From Azolla caroliniana (taxonomy: Eukaryota; Plantae; Polypodiophyta), in assembly GCA_043228905.1 (NCBI GenBank), contig JBHGNT010000003.1:9982001-10046000 (forward strand): a stretch of DNA of 64,000 nucleotides, in the 5' to 3' direction. This document shows positions 39,214 to 52,237 of the stretch, piece after piece (the first letter of the stretch is position 1; each line of letters starts with the position of its first letter). Below the pieces are notes generated by a model. The model was not told the DNA's origin and made no database searches. It was given only the letters and a program-made list of their open reading frames with translations. The position numbers were made by a program, and so were the translations under genes.

Positions 39214-40955
39214 CCGGTGTGTGTTTTCGAAGTGTTTGGGGGGCTGCCAATAAGATCTTGTGAAATGTTGATTGATGCTCTTCTCTTGTCACCAATTTCT
39301 TGTGATCTCCTTATGGATCCACGTCGTCTTTATCGGTTGGTTTTGGTGCACCAACGCGATACCATTCAGTCTGGGTCATTTCTTCAATGGACTCCATACA
39401 TGCCAAAATTGTTGCATGGTTAAGGGATCGTAACCTTTGCCTGAGACATTGACTAATTGGCTCATTCGTTTGTAATTTTGAATCCCATTCCTCCATATTT
39501 GATGTTATAGGGTTTGTCTCCTCGACTAGTTCTACCTCTATCTCCACTTCTTTTTCTGTGAAATGGTCATTGTGCATATGGGCTACGTGATCTATAAAAG
39601 GCAACGACCCACATAGATATGGCATGTGCTTGTCAATAATCATTCCGATGCCAAGTATATGCTTACATTTACTCACAAGGTCTTGGCAATCACAATATGA
39701 GCAATGGAGCGATACATTATACCATAGAGTGGGAGTTGTCAAGCTCAAAATTTTAAACCAATATCGGGCCTCGTCCACAATATGCAATGTTGCAATATTA
39801 GTTTCATACCTTTCGAGTATCCTCTTAGCCTCTTTAAGTCTTAACCTTTGATCCCTAAAATTTGCATGGGGTGCAAATCTACCACTCTCAAATATTTCTT
39901 GTCGTTGCTTGTACCATTCAATGACGGTCCCTCCAACACAAGTGCCGGTTTCACAATCCCCGATTAAAACATGCAAAAGATTGATAATTGATTAGTTTAT
40001 TCTTGCTCTCAAGGCAGTATATTTGATAAACTGCCAATGTCTCTCCACAATATTGGTAGTGTCAACATGTCCGTAGTTGAACATTCTACCAAACTTGGGC
40101 CAAAATTTCCTCCACACACATGTCAAGCCACACCATCCTCCTTCTATATATTGCCAAACACCTGGCTTGTTTGCATATTCTACCTTTAACTCCTCACATT
40201 GGGCACTAAATGTGGATTTAGTAAAGCATTCCATGAGTTGGCACATCTGGTGATAAAGATGATTTCTCTCATTTGCACTTACCTTTGACAACAAGTGGTC
40301 CACCCATGCTTTGTTGGTGTGGAACTCACATAACAAAAGTCGACAATGTGTTTGCGACTTTTGCCAATTTACAACAGTCCAACATTGATGATATGTTGCA
40401 ACCACATTACTTATGACATTATATGACGTCCAACTTTTATTGATGACTATTGCATTTGGCCTCACATTCGGTATCCTTGCAGATATGACTCTCAAGCAAG
40501 TTTCTAATGCAACTTGCTCATGGTTTGATGTCTTGTCTGAACTACATATCATGTACCGTAATGGGATATCAATTCCCATGGCGTTTGGGGCCACATTTGC
40601 ATATAATGGCAACCCGAATTGGTTTGTTTTAAATGTGGAGTTGATTGCCCACGAGTTGTTTATTGACAATCGCTCACACATTTCTAACATCCATTGATCT
40701 TGAATCACCAATATAAATGGTTTCATTGCGGGAAATCCAAATTCACCAGGCAAGTATGGTTGGACATGAGCCACCTTCCCAAGATCTCGAAGTGCATAGG
40801 CATTTTGCATCATCAAAGACCAATTAGCCTCTGACATGGCACTCCCAAATTTTAACCTACCATAAAGAACCTATAACTAACAAAGTCTAATGGACTTATG
40901 ACTTATGATATGCTTCCTTACGCATGGTCATTTGTGCCACATGCCTTGCACATCC

Positions 40956-41230
40956 TGACAGGAACTGCACACTCCCTATGCGCAATGCTCGGCCACAACC
41001 GAGCTTAGAATCATACACAGAAAACGGGAAATGAAAGCATGACACAATGGAGAGAAGAGTACACGGGATGTTAACGTGGAAAAACCCAAAGTAGGGAAAA
41101 AACCATGGCAACCCACAGACTGCTAACTATCACTATATCACAATGATTACAACAGTGAGCTCACGGAGGCAACGACCTTGTGCTCACGATCTTCGCCACA
41201 GGCGGCGGTTACAACAGAGGGAACGACCTC

Positions 41231-41266
<36 letters not shown>

Positions 41267-44200
41267 CACTGTTACACGCTCTCTAGTCTTGCACCAACAA
41301 GAATAACAACATCCCATATTCTCTGTTTGCCCTAAGTCATATTTATACTAATATGACTTTTTGGCTATTTACAAATATAGCCCCGATGGACTCGTAGAAA
41401 CATATTTACGAATATGTTCCTTCATCCGGTGAGCAGTCCTCACCGGGCCTGCAACATCCGGCGCTTGCCGGGTACTCCTCATCCGGTTCTCACCGGGTCT
41501 TCACCATCCGGCTCTTGCCGGGTACTCGTCATCCGGTTCTCAACAAGTCTTCTGTAGCTGGGTACTCCTCATCTGGTTCTCACCGGGTCTTCCGTAGCCG
41601 GGTACTCGTCATCCAGTTCTCACCGGGTCTTCCGTAGCCGGGTACTCGTCATCCGGAGGGACCTGTTTCCTAACAAACTCCCCCTTCACTCCAGCATGGG
41701 ATGTCTTACTAGTCCGATCCGCTTCCGACATGCATCCAGCTTGTCAGGTATCAGTACTTTAGTCAACATATCTGACCCGTTCTCAGCCGTGTGAATCTTC
41801 GTCAGCGCGAACTCCTGGTCATCTACTCTTTCCCGGATCCAGTGATACCTATGCTGGATATGCTTCGTCTGGGAATGGTAGGCCGTGTTCTTAGCAAGGT
41901 GGATGGCACTTTGACTGTCGCAATAGAGCCGGTATTCAACTTGTCGGATACCGAGCTCTCCGATGAAGTCCTTCATCCATAATATTTCCTTGCCGGCTTC
42001 CACAGCCGCCATGTACTCCGCCATGTACTCTGCCTCCGTGGTTGATAGCGCAACCATCTTCTGCAGCCTCGACTGCCACGAAACAACTCCCCCTGCATAT
42101 GTCATTACATACCCGGATGTAGACCGGCTGGTATCCACATCAGCCGACATGTCTGAATCGGTAAAGCCGTCAAGTTGAGGTTTTTACCGAAGCGAATCGG
42201 AGACACATACTTGAAGTGCCCTTCAAGTACCGGAGTATTCATTTGACCGCGTTGCAGTGCTCCTTGCCGGAATTGCTCATAAACCGGCTCACCACTCCGA
42301 CTACGTATCCTATATCCGGTCGGGTACACACCATTGCGTACATTAAGCTCCCGACGGCAGAGGCATATGGAACCTTCATTATATCTGCTTTCTCTGCTTT
42401 CTTCTTCGGGCTTTACTTACCGGATAATCTGTAGTTTTCCGGGAGTGTCGATCCAACCGGTTTCGCTTCTAACATGTTGAACCGCTGAAGCACCTTTGTC
42501 ACGTACTTCTCCTGTGATAGCCACAATTGCTTCGTTGGCCGGTTCCGGATGATATGCATCCCCAACATCTGTCTTGCCGGACCCAAGTCTTTCATTGCGA
42601 AGGTTCGATTTAGAGCCTTCTTCAGCATCCGTATTTTGGCTTGGTCCTGTCCGACGATCAACATGTCGTCCACATACAGAAGGAGTATTAGGAAGTCGCC
42701 TCCTTCGAACTTCTTCACAAACACGCAGTGATCGGCCTGCGTCTTGTGGTACCCTTGATCGGTCATAAAGGAGTCGAACTTCCGGTACCACTGTCGGGGA
42801 GCCTGCTTCAGTCCGTACAGGCTCTTCTTCAACCGACATACCAGGTGCTCCTTCCCTTTCTCCAAAAATCCTTCCGGTTGATGCATGTAGATCTCCTCTT
42901 CAAGGTCACCGTGAAGGAATGCCGTCTTCACGTCCAACTGCTCTACCTCAAGGTCCATGCTTGCCGCTATACTTAGCACCGTCCGGATAGAGGTCATCTT
43001 TACTACTGGGGCAAATATCTCGTCGAAGTCCACGCCCTTCTTCTGCTGGAACCCCTTCACCACGATCCTGGCTTTGTATATCGGGGGGTTGCCGGCATCT
43101 CCCGGTTTCAACTTGTACACCCACTTATTTCGGAGTGCCTGCTTTCCTTTCGGCAACTCCACCAATTCATACGTATGGTTCTCATGCAGGGAGTACATCT
43201 CATCCTGCATGGCACTTAACCATTTGCGGCTGTGAGTGTCATCCTTCGCTTCTTCGAAGCTTTCCGGCTCTCCCTCATCGGTCAGCAGCACATGCTCTAC
43301 ATCCGGAAATCTTCGGGGGGCCCTTCTCTCTCTGAGAGGATATCTCCGTCTTTGGGCTTTGGTAACCGGCTCCTCCATTTGCTCTTCATCTGAATCCGAT
43401 TTCCGGGGTCTTGGCCGATTCCGGTTTCAACTTCCTCTACTTCTTCTTTTGCCGGTTGCGGCGGGTTCATCGAGTGCTGACCGGTCTCTTGCCGGTTTGG
43501 TCTGCTCATCGTAGAATCGATCCTTACCGGTCGACTCAGAGTTCATTACCTTCTTCTCCGACTCCCAATCGGCAAGCATCTTGTCCTCCATGAAGAGAAT
43601 ATCTCGACTCTGGAATACCTTCTTGTTGACCGGGTCCCACACTCGGTAGCCAAACACATCGTCGCCGTAATCGAGGAATATGCATGGCCGGGTCTTTGGA
43701 TCTAACTTTCCTCTCCAGTCCTTAGCTACATGCACGTACGCGAGACACCCGAATACCTTCAGATGCCGGTAGGACAGTTCCTTACCGGTCCAGACTCTCT
43801 GTGGCGTGTCTCCGTCCAAGGGTATTGAGGGTGATCTGTTTATCACATATGTCGCCGTCGATAGTGCCTCAACCCAAAACTTCTTGGGTAGTTTTGCATG
43901 CGCTAGCATACTCCAGACCCTCTCCATTATGGTCCGGTTCATCCTCTCGGCCAACCCGTTTAGTTCCAGCGTCTTTGGCACGGTAAATTCGAGCCGGATT
44001 CCCTTCGAGCGACAATACTCCTCGAACTGCCCTCGGTATTCACCTCCGTTATTTGCTCCCGCCTTCAGCTTCCGGCCGGTTTCTCTTTCCACTCTCGCGT
44101 GGAGCTCTTTGAAGACGGATAGCACCTGATCCTTCGTCTTCAACGGTGTGGCCCACAACTACCGGCTGTGGTCATCTATGAACGTCATGAAGTACTGCGA

Positions 44201-46333
44201 TCCTGCATGTGACTTCGTGTCCACTTGACACACATCAGTATGCACCAACTCCAGTGGTGCATTATGTCTCATCGGTGGCCTTGGTCGGAAGGAGGTCCGG
44301 TTTTGCTTACCGGCTAGACATATATGCACTTCTCCAACAACACGTTATTCACTGGAATGAGGTTGTCGTCAGCAAGCCTCTTCATCCCCTTCTCGCTCAT
44401 GTGACACAGCCTTTTGTGCCACAACTCACCGGCAGTGTCGGATGCCATGTTCACTTCCTTCGGACATAATCAGACATTCATAAGGTACAATGTGTTGACC
44501 TTCTGGGCCCGACTTGCTGAACTTCATAACACCGTTCCAGATGCTACCCGTGTAGCCTTCATCATCTAGCCGACTGGCTGATATCAGGTTTAGACGAACC
44601 TTCAGAATGTGTCGGACATCCTTCAACAGCAACTTGCATCCGGTTGGAGTTGTCAACCACACGTCTGCAATGCCGACAATTCGGCATGTACCTTCATTCC
44701 CCATCCGGACACAGCCGTGATCACCGACTGAGTAGGATGAGAAGCATTTCCGGTCGGGGGTAAGGTGGAACGGCGCTCCGGAGTCGACCACCTAGGTCAT
44801 CTCGTCGCCGGCAAGGTTTAGCTCACTCTCCTCGGTGATGAGCATCAACTCTTCTTCACTTGCCGCGATTGCCGTCGATCCCTTCCGGTCCATTCCCCTT
44901 CGGTCTTTACCGTTCCGGTCTGGTGTCCGCTTCGAATCGGTACCGTCGGTTTCCTTGTCTTTTCGGAAGTGCCGACAGTTCTTCTGAAAGTGTCCCGGCT
45001 TGCCGCAATAGAAGCAAGTAGGCCTCCCCTTTGACTTTGACCGTGTCCCCGACTTTTCCCGGTTCTAGGGGCCACGGTTCCTTTGTCTTCCGCGTTCCGA
45101 TTCGGTAAGGAGCGCTTTGGAGTCGGAGCTCGTATCCTTATCTTTCCGACGTGCCTCGTCATCTAGCAAGCTCGACTTCACTCTTGCTAGGGATAACCGT
45201 TTCCCTTCCGGCCCGGCGTTGCCCAAAGTGACAACCAAAGTCTCCCAGCTATCTGGGAGGGAACCGAGCAGGAGTAGCGCTAGTACCTCATCGGCGAGAG
45301 GTACTTCCAATGATGTTGCCTGGTGGATCAGCCCCTGGAAGGCATTCATGTGCTCCGCCATGCTGGAGCCATCTTGGTACTGGAGTCTTACTAGCTTCCC
45401 AAATACCGAAACCTGATTAACAACATTTTTGTTTTGAAACATAATGCCGATCTTCTCCAAGAGCTCATGAGCCTTGCTCTCTTCATTGTTGTTGTTGTAT
45501 AGGCTCATGTCGATGAAGCACCGTATGTAAGCCGTTGTCTTCGTGGCGTCGATTTTGTTCGGTCTCTTGTCCCCGAACTGAATCGGCAACCAAAGATCTT
45601 TAACCACGAGCATGTCCCTCATCTTCGACTTCCACACTGAATAGTTGGAGACGGTGAGCTAGAACATGCCGCCCAACGATTCGTCCATTTTTTGTGTCAT
45701 TTCGCTCTGATACCACTTTGACAGGAACTGCACACTCCCTATGCGCAACGCTCGGTCACAATCGAGCATAGAATCATACACAGAAAATGGGAAATGAAAG
45801 CACGACACAATGGAGAGAAGAGTACACGGGATGTTAACGTGGAAAAACCCAAAGTAGGGAAAAAACCACGGCAGCCCATAGACTGCTAACTATCACTATA
45901 TCAGAATGTACAAATGGTAAAGCACTGAAGCAACGACCTCGAGCTTTCTATCTTTCTCTCTGTACACTGTTACGCGCTCTCTAGTCTTGCACCAACAAGA
46001 ATAACAACATCCCATATTCTCTGTTTGCCCTAAGTCATATTTATACTAATATGACTTTTCGGCTATTTACAAATATAGCCCCGATGGACTCTCAGAAACA
46101 TATTTACGAATATGTCCCTTCATCCGGTGAGCACTCCTCACCGGGCCTGCATCATCCGGCGCTTGCCGGGTAGTCCTCATCCGGTTTTCACCAGGTCTTC
46201 ACCATCCGGCTCTTGCCGGGTACTCGTCATCTGGTTCTCACTGGGTCTTTCGTAGCCGGGTACTCCTCATCCGGTTCTCACCGGGTCTTCCGTAGCCGGG
46301 TACTCGTTATCCGGAGGGACCTGTTTCCTAACA
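40956..46333 (-). mobile_element. Tnt1/Tork-like Copia LTR retrotransposon C, full length with frameshifts
   Basis: 5' LTR 45719-46333, 3' LTR 40956-41675; TSD CATCC/CATCG; PBS TGGTATCAGAGC (45704-45715); PPT GAAGGGGGAG. Gag 45065-45690, protease VVDSGA, integrase 43427-44200, RT (EQLDVKTAFL, LYVDDM), RNase H 41686-42150. Confidence 0.95.
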
Positions 46334-46590
46334 CATCGAACATAAAAAAAGTCATCTTTTCAACAACCTATGCCATTTGGGGTGTGCTGGCAAATAATAC
46401 GCATCCGGTCTACTTCTTGGTATATGACCATTATGAAGTCCATATATTGAAATGGTCATGCTCCCATGGTCAACCCCATCATTCCTTTGAACTTCCACAT
46501 GGAAACTACACCCACATCGAGATGAAGGCTTTCGACGTCCAGTGCATGGATATTGCCGTTGAGGTGCACCAACGTGATGACAATTATACC

Positions 46591-49500
46591 TGTCATGAAC
46601 AGTACTGAGACAGAGAATGAATTAGTACTAAACGAAGGATTAGTACTATGAGAGGTGTGGAACTTCTTCGAGAGAAGGAAGAAGTGAGCGAGACAGAGAG
46701 AAAGAGAGAGATTGAGAGAGAGAGAGAGTGATGATAAGAAAGATATGTATTATATGAAGAGAATATACAATGGTGGCTAAAAGGCTTAAGACTGACGTTG
46801 AACCAATTTGGTTCAACATAATGCCTAGTGCCCTCTTTTATAGTGTTTTCAGGAGTAATCCTGAAGCTTCTAGAATGTTCCAGAGAAATTTGGAATATAC
46901 ACTAATTTCCTATAATAAAATGTAAATGAAAATAATATCCTACGTATTACAATAGATGGTCTAATGGTCAAGAGCTCGACCTATATAACTTAAGGTCATG
47001 GGTTCGAGTCTTGTCATATCATGACACTATCCCCTCTTTAAAACGACGAGTGTCACGAGTCATCTTGGATTGAGGACCCGGTTTGTGTGGATATTGACGA
47101 TGGAAGTCTTCAAGAAGAGCACGAGCATTGGTTACATTCTCGATCGGTTCCCAAGTACGTTCATTGGGGCTATAGCCTAGCCAATCGACTAGATAGTAGA
47201 GCTTGTTGCGAACAATCTTGGAATCAAGGATGGCGGCAACCTCGTACTCCGGCCCATCTTCAAGCTCAATCGGGGTGGAGGTTGGATAAGACGTCCTGGG
47301 ATGGTGCTCTCGTGGTAGGGTTCGAGGAGAGAACTATGAAACACCGGATGTATCCAAAGTTGAGGAGGTAGATCGAGACGAAAAGCGACATCATTAATCT
47401 TTCCAATAATACGGAAAGGACCTAATCGCCGATAATCCAACTTCTCACATGGGCGAGTAGTCTTGATGTGTCGTCGTAGCAGCCACACCCGATCTCCAAT
47501 ATTAAAACTGGATGGAAGTCGATGACGATCCGCGTAGACCTTGTGTGTTTGTTGAGCTTGCTGGAGATGAGTAGATAAATCCGCTTGTATCTTGCGTAAC
47601 CGCTCCAAACGATCCTCCGCGCACGGATTTGTGGACACCTCTGGGGTTTCAAGTACACTCCACCGGGGGTGACATCCCGTATAAGCATAAAATGGCGTAA
47701 CTTTAGTGGATGTGTGGATAGAGTTGTTATAGGCAAATTCGGCGAAGTGGAGAATATCTGCCCAGTCGTCCTGATGATAGCTGAGAAAGCACCGCAAATA
47801 CTGCTCCAGCCTTTGATTTGTTCGTTCAGCTTGGCCGTCGGTTTGTGGGTGGTAGCCGGAGGAGAGGTTACAAGTGACCTTGAGCATGTTAAAAAGGTGC
47901 TTCCAGAATTTTGACACGAACTGGGGTCCACAGTCGCTGATGATACTATCGGGAAGTCCATGATGCCGACATACTTCACGCATGACAATTTTGGCAGTTT
48001 CTTCACTGGAGATCTCCTTAGTACATGGCAAGAAATGAGCCATCTTCGTATATCGATCGACCACCGTTAGAATTGCATTGAACCCCTTAGAGACTGGAAG
48101 TTCTGTGATGAAGTCTAGAGCAATGGATTGCCATGGCTTGCTTGGAATTGGTAATGGTTCTAATAAACCATATGGATGATGCCTTGGCATTTTCGCTCTG
48201 CAACATGTATCACAAGTCCGAACAAAATCCTCGACAAATTGTCGCATACAGGGCCACCAGAATGATCGTTGTACTAAATGTAATGTTTTAGTACTACCAA
48301 AATGCCCAGCTATATATGTGTCATGACAGTTTTGTACTACTCGAAGGCGGCAAGAACCATTAGGAACATACAAAAGTTCTTTAAAGAAGAGTAATCCATC
48401 ATGGTATTTGAATTGCCGATAGTTCGTACCTAATGGTTGCGACTGTGAACACGACGCTCGAGAGGGATCAATTTGTGCTAGTATAGCTTGGGCGAACGCA
48501 TCTGTCTTCAAGTCTTCACTTATGGTATCGATAACGTGGGAATCCATAGGCATGTCAAAGATCTGTGTTGCTTGTAGTCGTGCCGGTCCCAAGATGACTT
48601 GTTTTTGGTTATCGAAAGCTGGCTCGCCGGGACGGGGTGCTAGATACGAACGCCGTGATAATGCATCTGCCTTCCCTTGGTGCCTCCCCGGACGATATGT
48701 AATTTTGAAGTCGAAACGCGTGAGGAAGTGGGCCCACCGAGCTTGACGTCGATTCAACACACGAGCATCCTGAAAGTAGGCAAGATTCTTGTGGTCACTA
48801 AATACGGTGACTGGATGAGAGGATCCCTCCAGAAAATACCTCCATTGCATAAAAGAATCCACTATTGCCAATAGCTCCTTATCATGAATTTTGTAGTTGA
48901 TTTCGGCGGCATCAAACTTGCGTGAGTGAAAAGCCACATGATGTAGCTTCTCATCATTCCCCTGTTGTGATAGAATGCTCCCCAATGCAAAATCCGATGC
49001 GTCAGCTTCGAGAATGAATGGTTTTTTCGGATTGACATGAGCTAGAATTGGAGCCGATGTAAATGCCTTTTTAAGACTCTCGAAAGCGTTGTCCGTTTCT
49101 TCAGACCAGATGAACGGTTGTCCCTTCCTGGTAAGTTGTGTGAGAGGTAGAACGATCTTTGAGTAATCTTGTATGAACTTCTGGTAAAAATTGGCAAAGC
49201 CTAAGAAGCATTGCACATCCCGCATCGAACGCGGAGTCTGCCATTCTACCACCATTTTGACCTTAGCTGACGAAATGATGTAGCCGAGAAATTCCACTTG
49301 GTTGCACCCGAAACTACATTTTTCCAGCTTTGCATACAAACCATGTTCTCGAAGTCGTTTTAGTACTAATAGTACATGAGAATCATGTTCTTCTTGGGTC
49401 TTTGAATAAACCAGTAGATCATCCAAATAGATGATCAAACAATCATCCAATAGATCTTGGAATATATCATTAGCCATGTGCTGGAAGACTGCCGATGCAT

Positions 49501-52237
49501 TAGTGAGGCCGAACGGCATGACAGTATACTCAAAGTGCCCATATCTGGTGCGAAACGCGGTCTTCCATTCGTCTCCTGGTCGGATCCGTACGAGGTTATA
49601 TGCTCCCCGTAAGTCGATCTTCGTGAAGAACCTGGCACCATTGATCCGTTCTAAAAGACTTGAGATAAGGGGAAGAGCATACCTATTCCTGATTGTAACC
49701 TTATTCAAGCCACGGTAATCTACAACGAGATGAAGCGATCCATCTTTTTTCTTGACGAAGAAAATGGGCGCGCCGGCTGGAGATTTCGAATGCCGAATGA
49801 AACCATTTTCCAAATTCTCCTCTATATAGGCCCGAAGGACTTCCAGCTCGGTTGGTGACAAATTGTAGATCGGTCCCCATGGCGGCTCTTTTCCCGGTTG
49901 TAAATCGATGGGGCAATCGTATGGTCGATGATGAGGAAGTGTGTTGGCTTGTACTTTATCGAACACATCGGCGTAATGACGATACTTCTCGGGAAGTTGA
50001 ACGGTGGATTCTTCTTTAGTGGTGCTGGAGGGGTTTACTGATATTGCAAAGAGGAACATTTCCTCCTTGTGCCCTTCTTTACGCAATTGACGTAGCGAAA
50101 TGGTTGCCATCTTCTGAGTTGACCCTTGGGTTTGTCGACACTGGATTTCTCTTGTTCTCCAATCTATGTCTGGGTTATGTAACTCGAACCACGGTAGTCC
50201 TAAAACTATAGGATGTTCTGGGATACTAATAATATTAAATGATATTACACATGCTAAGTTATCTAGGACAATATTAATGGGCTTTGACTCTTCTATGATA
50301 TTTCCGGAAGCAATGGGACGTCCATCAATGACTACTACAGAGGCTGGACACTAGAGTTTTCTTAGGGATATCTTATGAGCTTGAGCAAATTTCTTATCCA
50401 TAAAGCAAGAGTTAGCTCCGGAATCTAGGAGTGCTAGGACATGTACTGGAGGGGTACTTTTAGTACTAACTATTACTTGGGCTACGAACACATCACTAAC
50501 TTGCTTAGAGGGAATGGAACCACTAATGGGCTGCACAGATCTAGGGTTGTCCAACCAAACGGCTCCTATTTTGGTTGGACTTAGTCGTTTAACTCTTCTT
50601 CTAATTGACTAAGGACATCAAATTTGTTTGCTAGATCTGGGATATTAGTACTATTAGGACTATCAGATATCCCTACTGAAATAGGCTCGGATTTAGTACA
50701 ATTAGAACTAGCGACTATTTGGTTTACCTGTCTTCTTGGCCTATGGGGGCAATTTATTGCGATATGTCCTGGTCCACCGCAATAAAGACATAGTCCATTT
50801 GTACAGCGTCGCTGCTTTTCTTCTTCGGATAATGGCCCTCGACGACGTGTAGTGTCAATCTCCATCGGAGTCGGAGTATTCGCTGGAGGCGCATTATATG
50901 ACTCCCTCGGAAAAGGTCTTGCTACCACTGAGGCGTAGGTGGGCTCTGATCTTGCCCTCGGCATCTGTAGCTGTCATTCCCAACGTCGCTCAAAGAGGCG
51001 GTTGTCACATCTCACCGCATATCTGATTGCTTCTGTTAAGGACTTTGGCTCTTCGGGGAAGGTCAAGAGTAAATCCTTGACGTCATTGCGTAAACCATAA
51101 CGGAATTGCTCCATCAACGCTTGATCATCCCAAGGGATATCGGCGGTGAGTAGGCGAAAATCTGCAGTGTATGCGGAGGCTGGACGGTCACCTTGGCGTA
51201 ATGGCCGGATTTTGTTGATTGCGGTCCTGATGCTGTCAGTATCTCTGAAACATGCTTTAAACTCACCTAGAAACTCTTCAAAATTGTTGAGTAACGGAGA
51301 TTCCTTTTCTAAGAGTGGAGCGAACCATGACAACGCTGAGCCACTTAACAAAGTGCCTACTAAACCCACTCGTGATGCATCGGTGGGATATCGGGAAGGA
51401 TGCATTTGAATAACTAATCGTACCTGGTTAAGGAACCCTCTAAACTGCGATCGCATTCCATCGAATTTCGTGGGAAGGCCAATCTTAGGTTCTTTATGAA
51501 TCCCTTGAGTTCCGGGCCCTTGTTGTTGCATCGCTACGATGGTGGCTTCGAGTTGTTGCACGCGTAACGCAAGTTCCCCATGCTGTTGTTGCGTTTGCTG
51601 CTTTTCTAAGGAGATTTGCTGAAGATCCCCCAGCAACCGTTGGTTTTTTTGTTCCAAAGCATGGAACTTCTCCTTCAAGCATTGAAATTCCGAGAAATTA
51701 GATTGATATTCTTCAGCGCTAATAGTGGCCATGGAATGAAAGAAAAGAGGAAATAAAGATTAGGAAATGAGAGAGACAGAAGGTAGGGAAAATTGGTTCA
51801 AACTGTCATGAACAGTATTGAGACAGAGAAAGAATTAGTACTAAACGAAGGATTAGTACTATGAGAGGTGTGGAACTTCTTCGAGAGAAGGAAGAAGTGA
51901 GCGAGACAGAGAGAAAGAGAGAGATTGAGAGAGAGAGAGTGATGATAAGAAAGATATGTATTATATGAAGAGAATATACAATGGTGGCTAAAAGGCTTAA
52001 GACTGGCGTTGAACCAATTTGGTTCAACATAATGCCTAGTGCCCTCTTTTATAGTGTTTTCAGGAGTAATCCTGAAGCTTCTAGAATGTTCCAGAGAAAT
52101 CTGGAATATACACTAATTTCCTATAATAAAATGTAAATGAAAATAATATCCTACGTATTACAATAGATGGTCTAATGGTCAAGAGCTCGACCCATATAAC
52201 CTAAGGTCATGGGTTTGAGTCTTGCCATATCATGACA
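46591..52237 (-). mobile_element. Gypsy chromovirus (Tf1/sushi/Tcn1-like), near intact
   Basis: 5' LTR 51804-52237, 3' LTR 46591-47026; perfect TSD ATACC; PPT AAAGAGGGGATAG. Gag 50581-51732 (one TGA; CLYCGGPGHIAINC), protease LLDSGA (one TAG), RT YLDD, RNase H ADASD, integrase with GPF motif, chromodomain in a shifted frame (EYEVAAILDS...YLVDWLGY...TWEP). Confidence 0.96.
47189..50110 (-). CDS. Gypsy Pol (RT-RNase H-integrase) open frame
   Basis: 973-aa ORF with canonical motifs; a small in-frame deletion after YIISS; frameshift before the chromodomain. Confidence 0.9.
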   Translation of the reverse strand: MATISLRQLRKEGHKEEMFLFAISVNPSSTTKEESTVQLPEKYRHYADVFDKVQANTLPHHRPYDCPIDLQPGKEPPWGPIYNLSPTELEVLRAYIEENLENGFIRHSKSPAGAPIFFVKKKDGSLHLVVDYRGLNKVTIRNRYALPLISSLLERINGARFFTKIDLRGAYNLVRIRPGDEWKTAFRTRYGHFEYTVMPFGLTNASAVFQHMANDIFQDLLDDCLIIYLDDLLVYSKTQEEHDSHVLLVLKRLREHGLYAKLEKCSFGCNQVEFLGYIISSAKVKMVVEWQTPRSMRDVQCFLGFANFYQKFIQDYSKIVLPLTQLTRKGQPFIWSEETDNAFESLKKAFTSAPILAHVNPKKPFILEADASDFALGSILSQQGNDEKLHHVAFHSRKFDAAEINYKIHDKELLAIVDSFMQWRYFLEGSSHPVTVFSDHKNLAYFQDARVLNRRQARWAHFLTRFDFKITYRPGRHQGKADALSRRSYLAPRPGEPAFDNQKQVILGPARLQATQIFDMPMDSHVIDTISEDLKTDAFAQAILAQIDPSRASCSQSQPLGTNYRQFKYHDGLLFFKELLYVPNGSCRLRVVQNCHDTYIAGHFGSTKTLHLVQRSFWWPCMRQFVEDFVRTCDTCCRAKMPRHHPYGLLEPLPIPSKPWQSIALDFITELPVSKGFNAILTVVDRYTKMAHFLPCTKEISSEETAKIVMREVCRHHGLPDSIISDCGPQFVSKFWKHLFNMLKVTCNLSSGYHPQTDGQAERTNQRLEQYLRCFLSYHQDDWADILHFAEFAYNNSIHTSTKVTPFYAYTGCHPRWSVLETPEVSTNPCAEDRLERLRKIQADLSTHLQQAQQTHKVYADRHRLPSSFNIGDRVWLLRRHIKTTRPCEKLDYRRLGPFRIIGKINDVAFRLDLPPQLWIHPVFHSSLLEPYHESTIPGRLIQPPPRLSLKMGRSTRLPPSLIPRLFATSSTI

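Noticed and set aside
46950-47026. Functional tRNA gene
   Set aside because: No acceptor stem or canonical 7-nt anticodon loop; kept only as tRNA-like promoter boxes.
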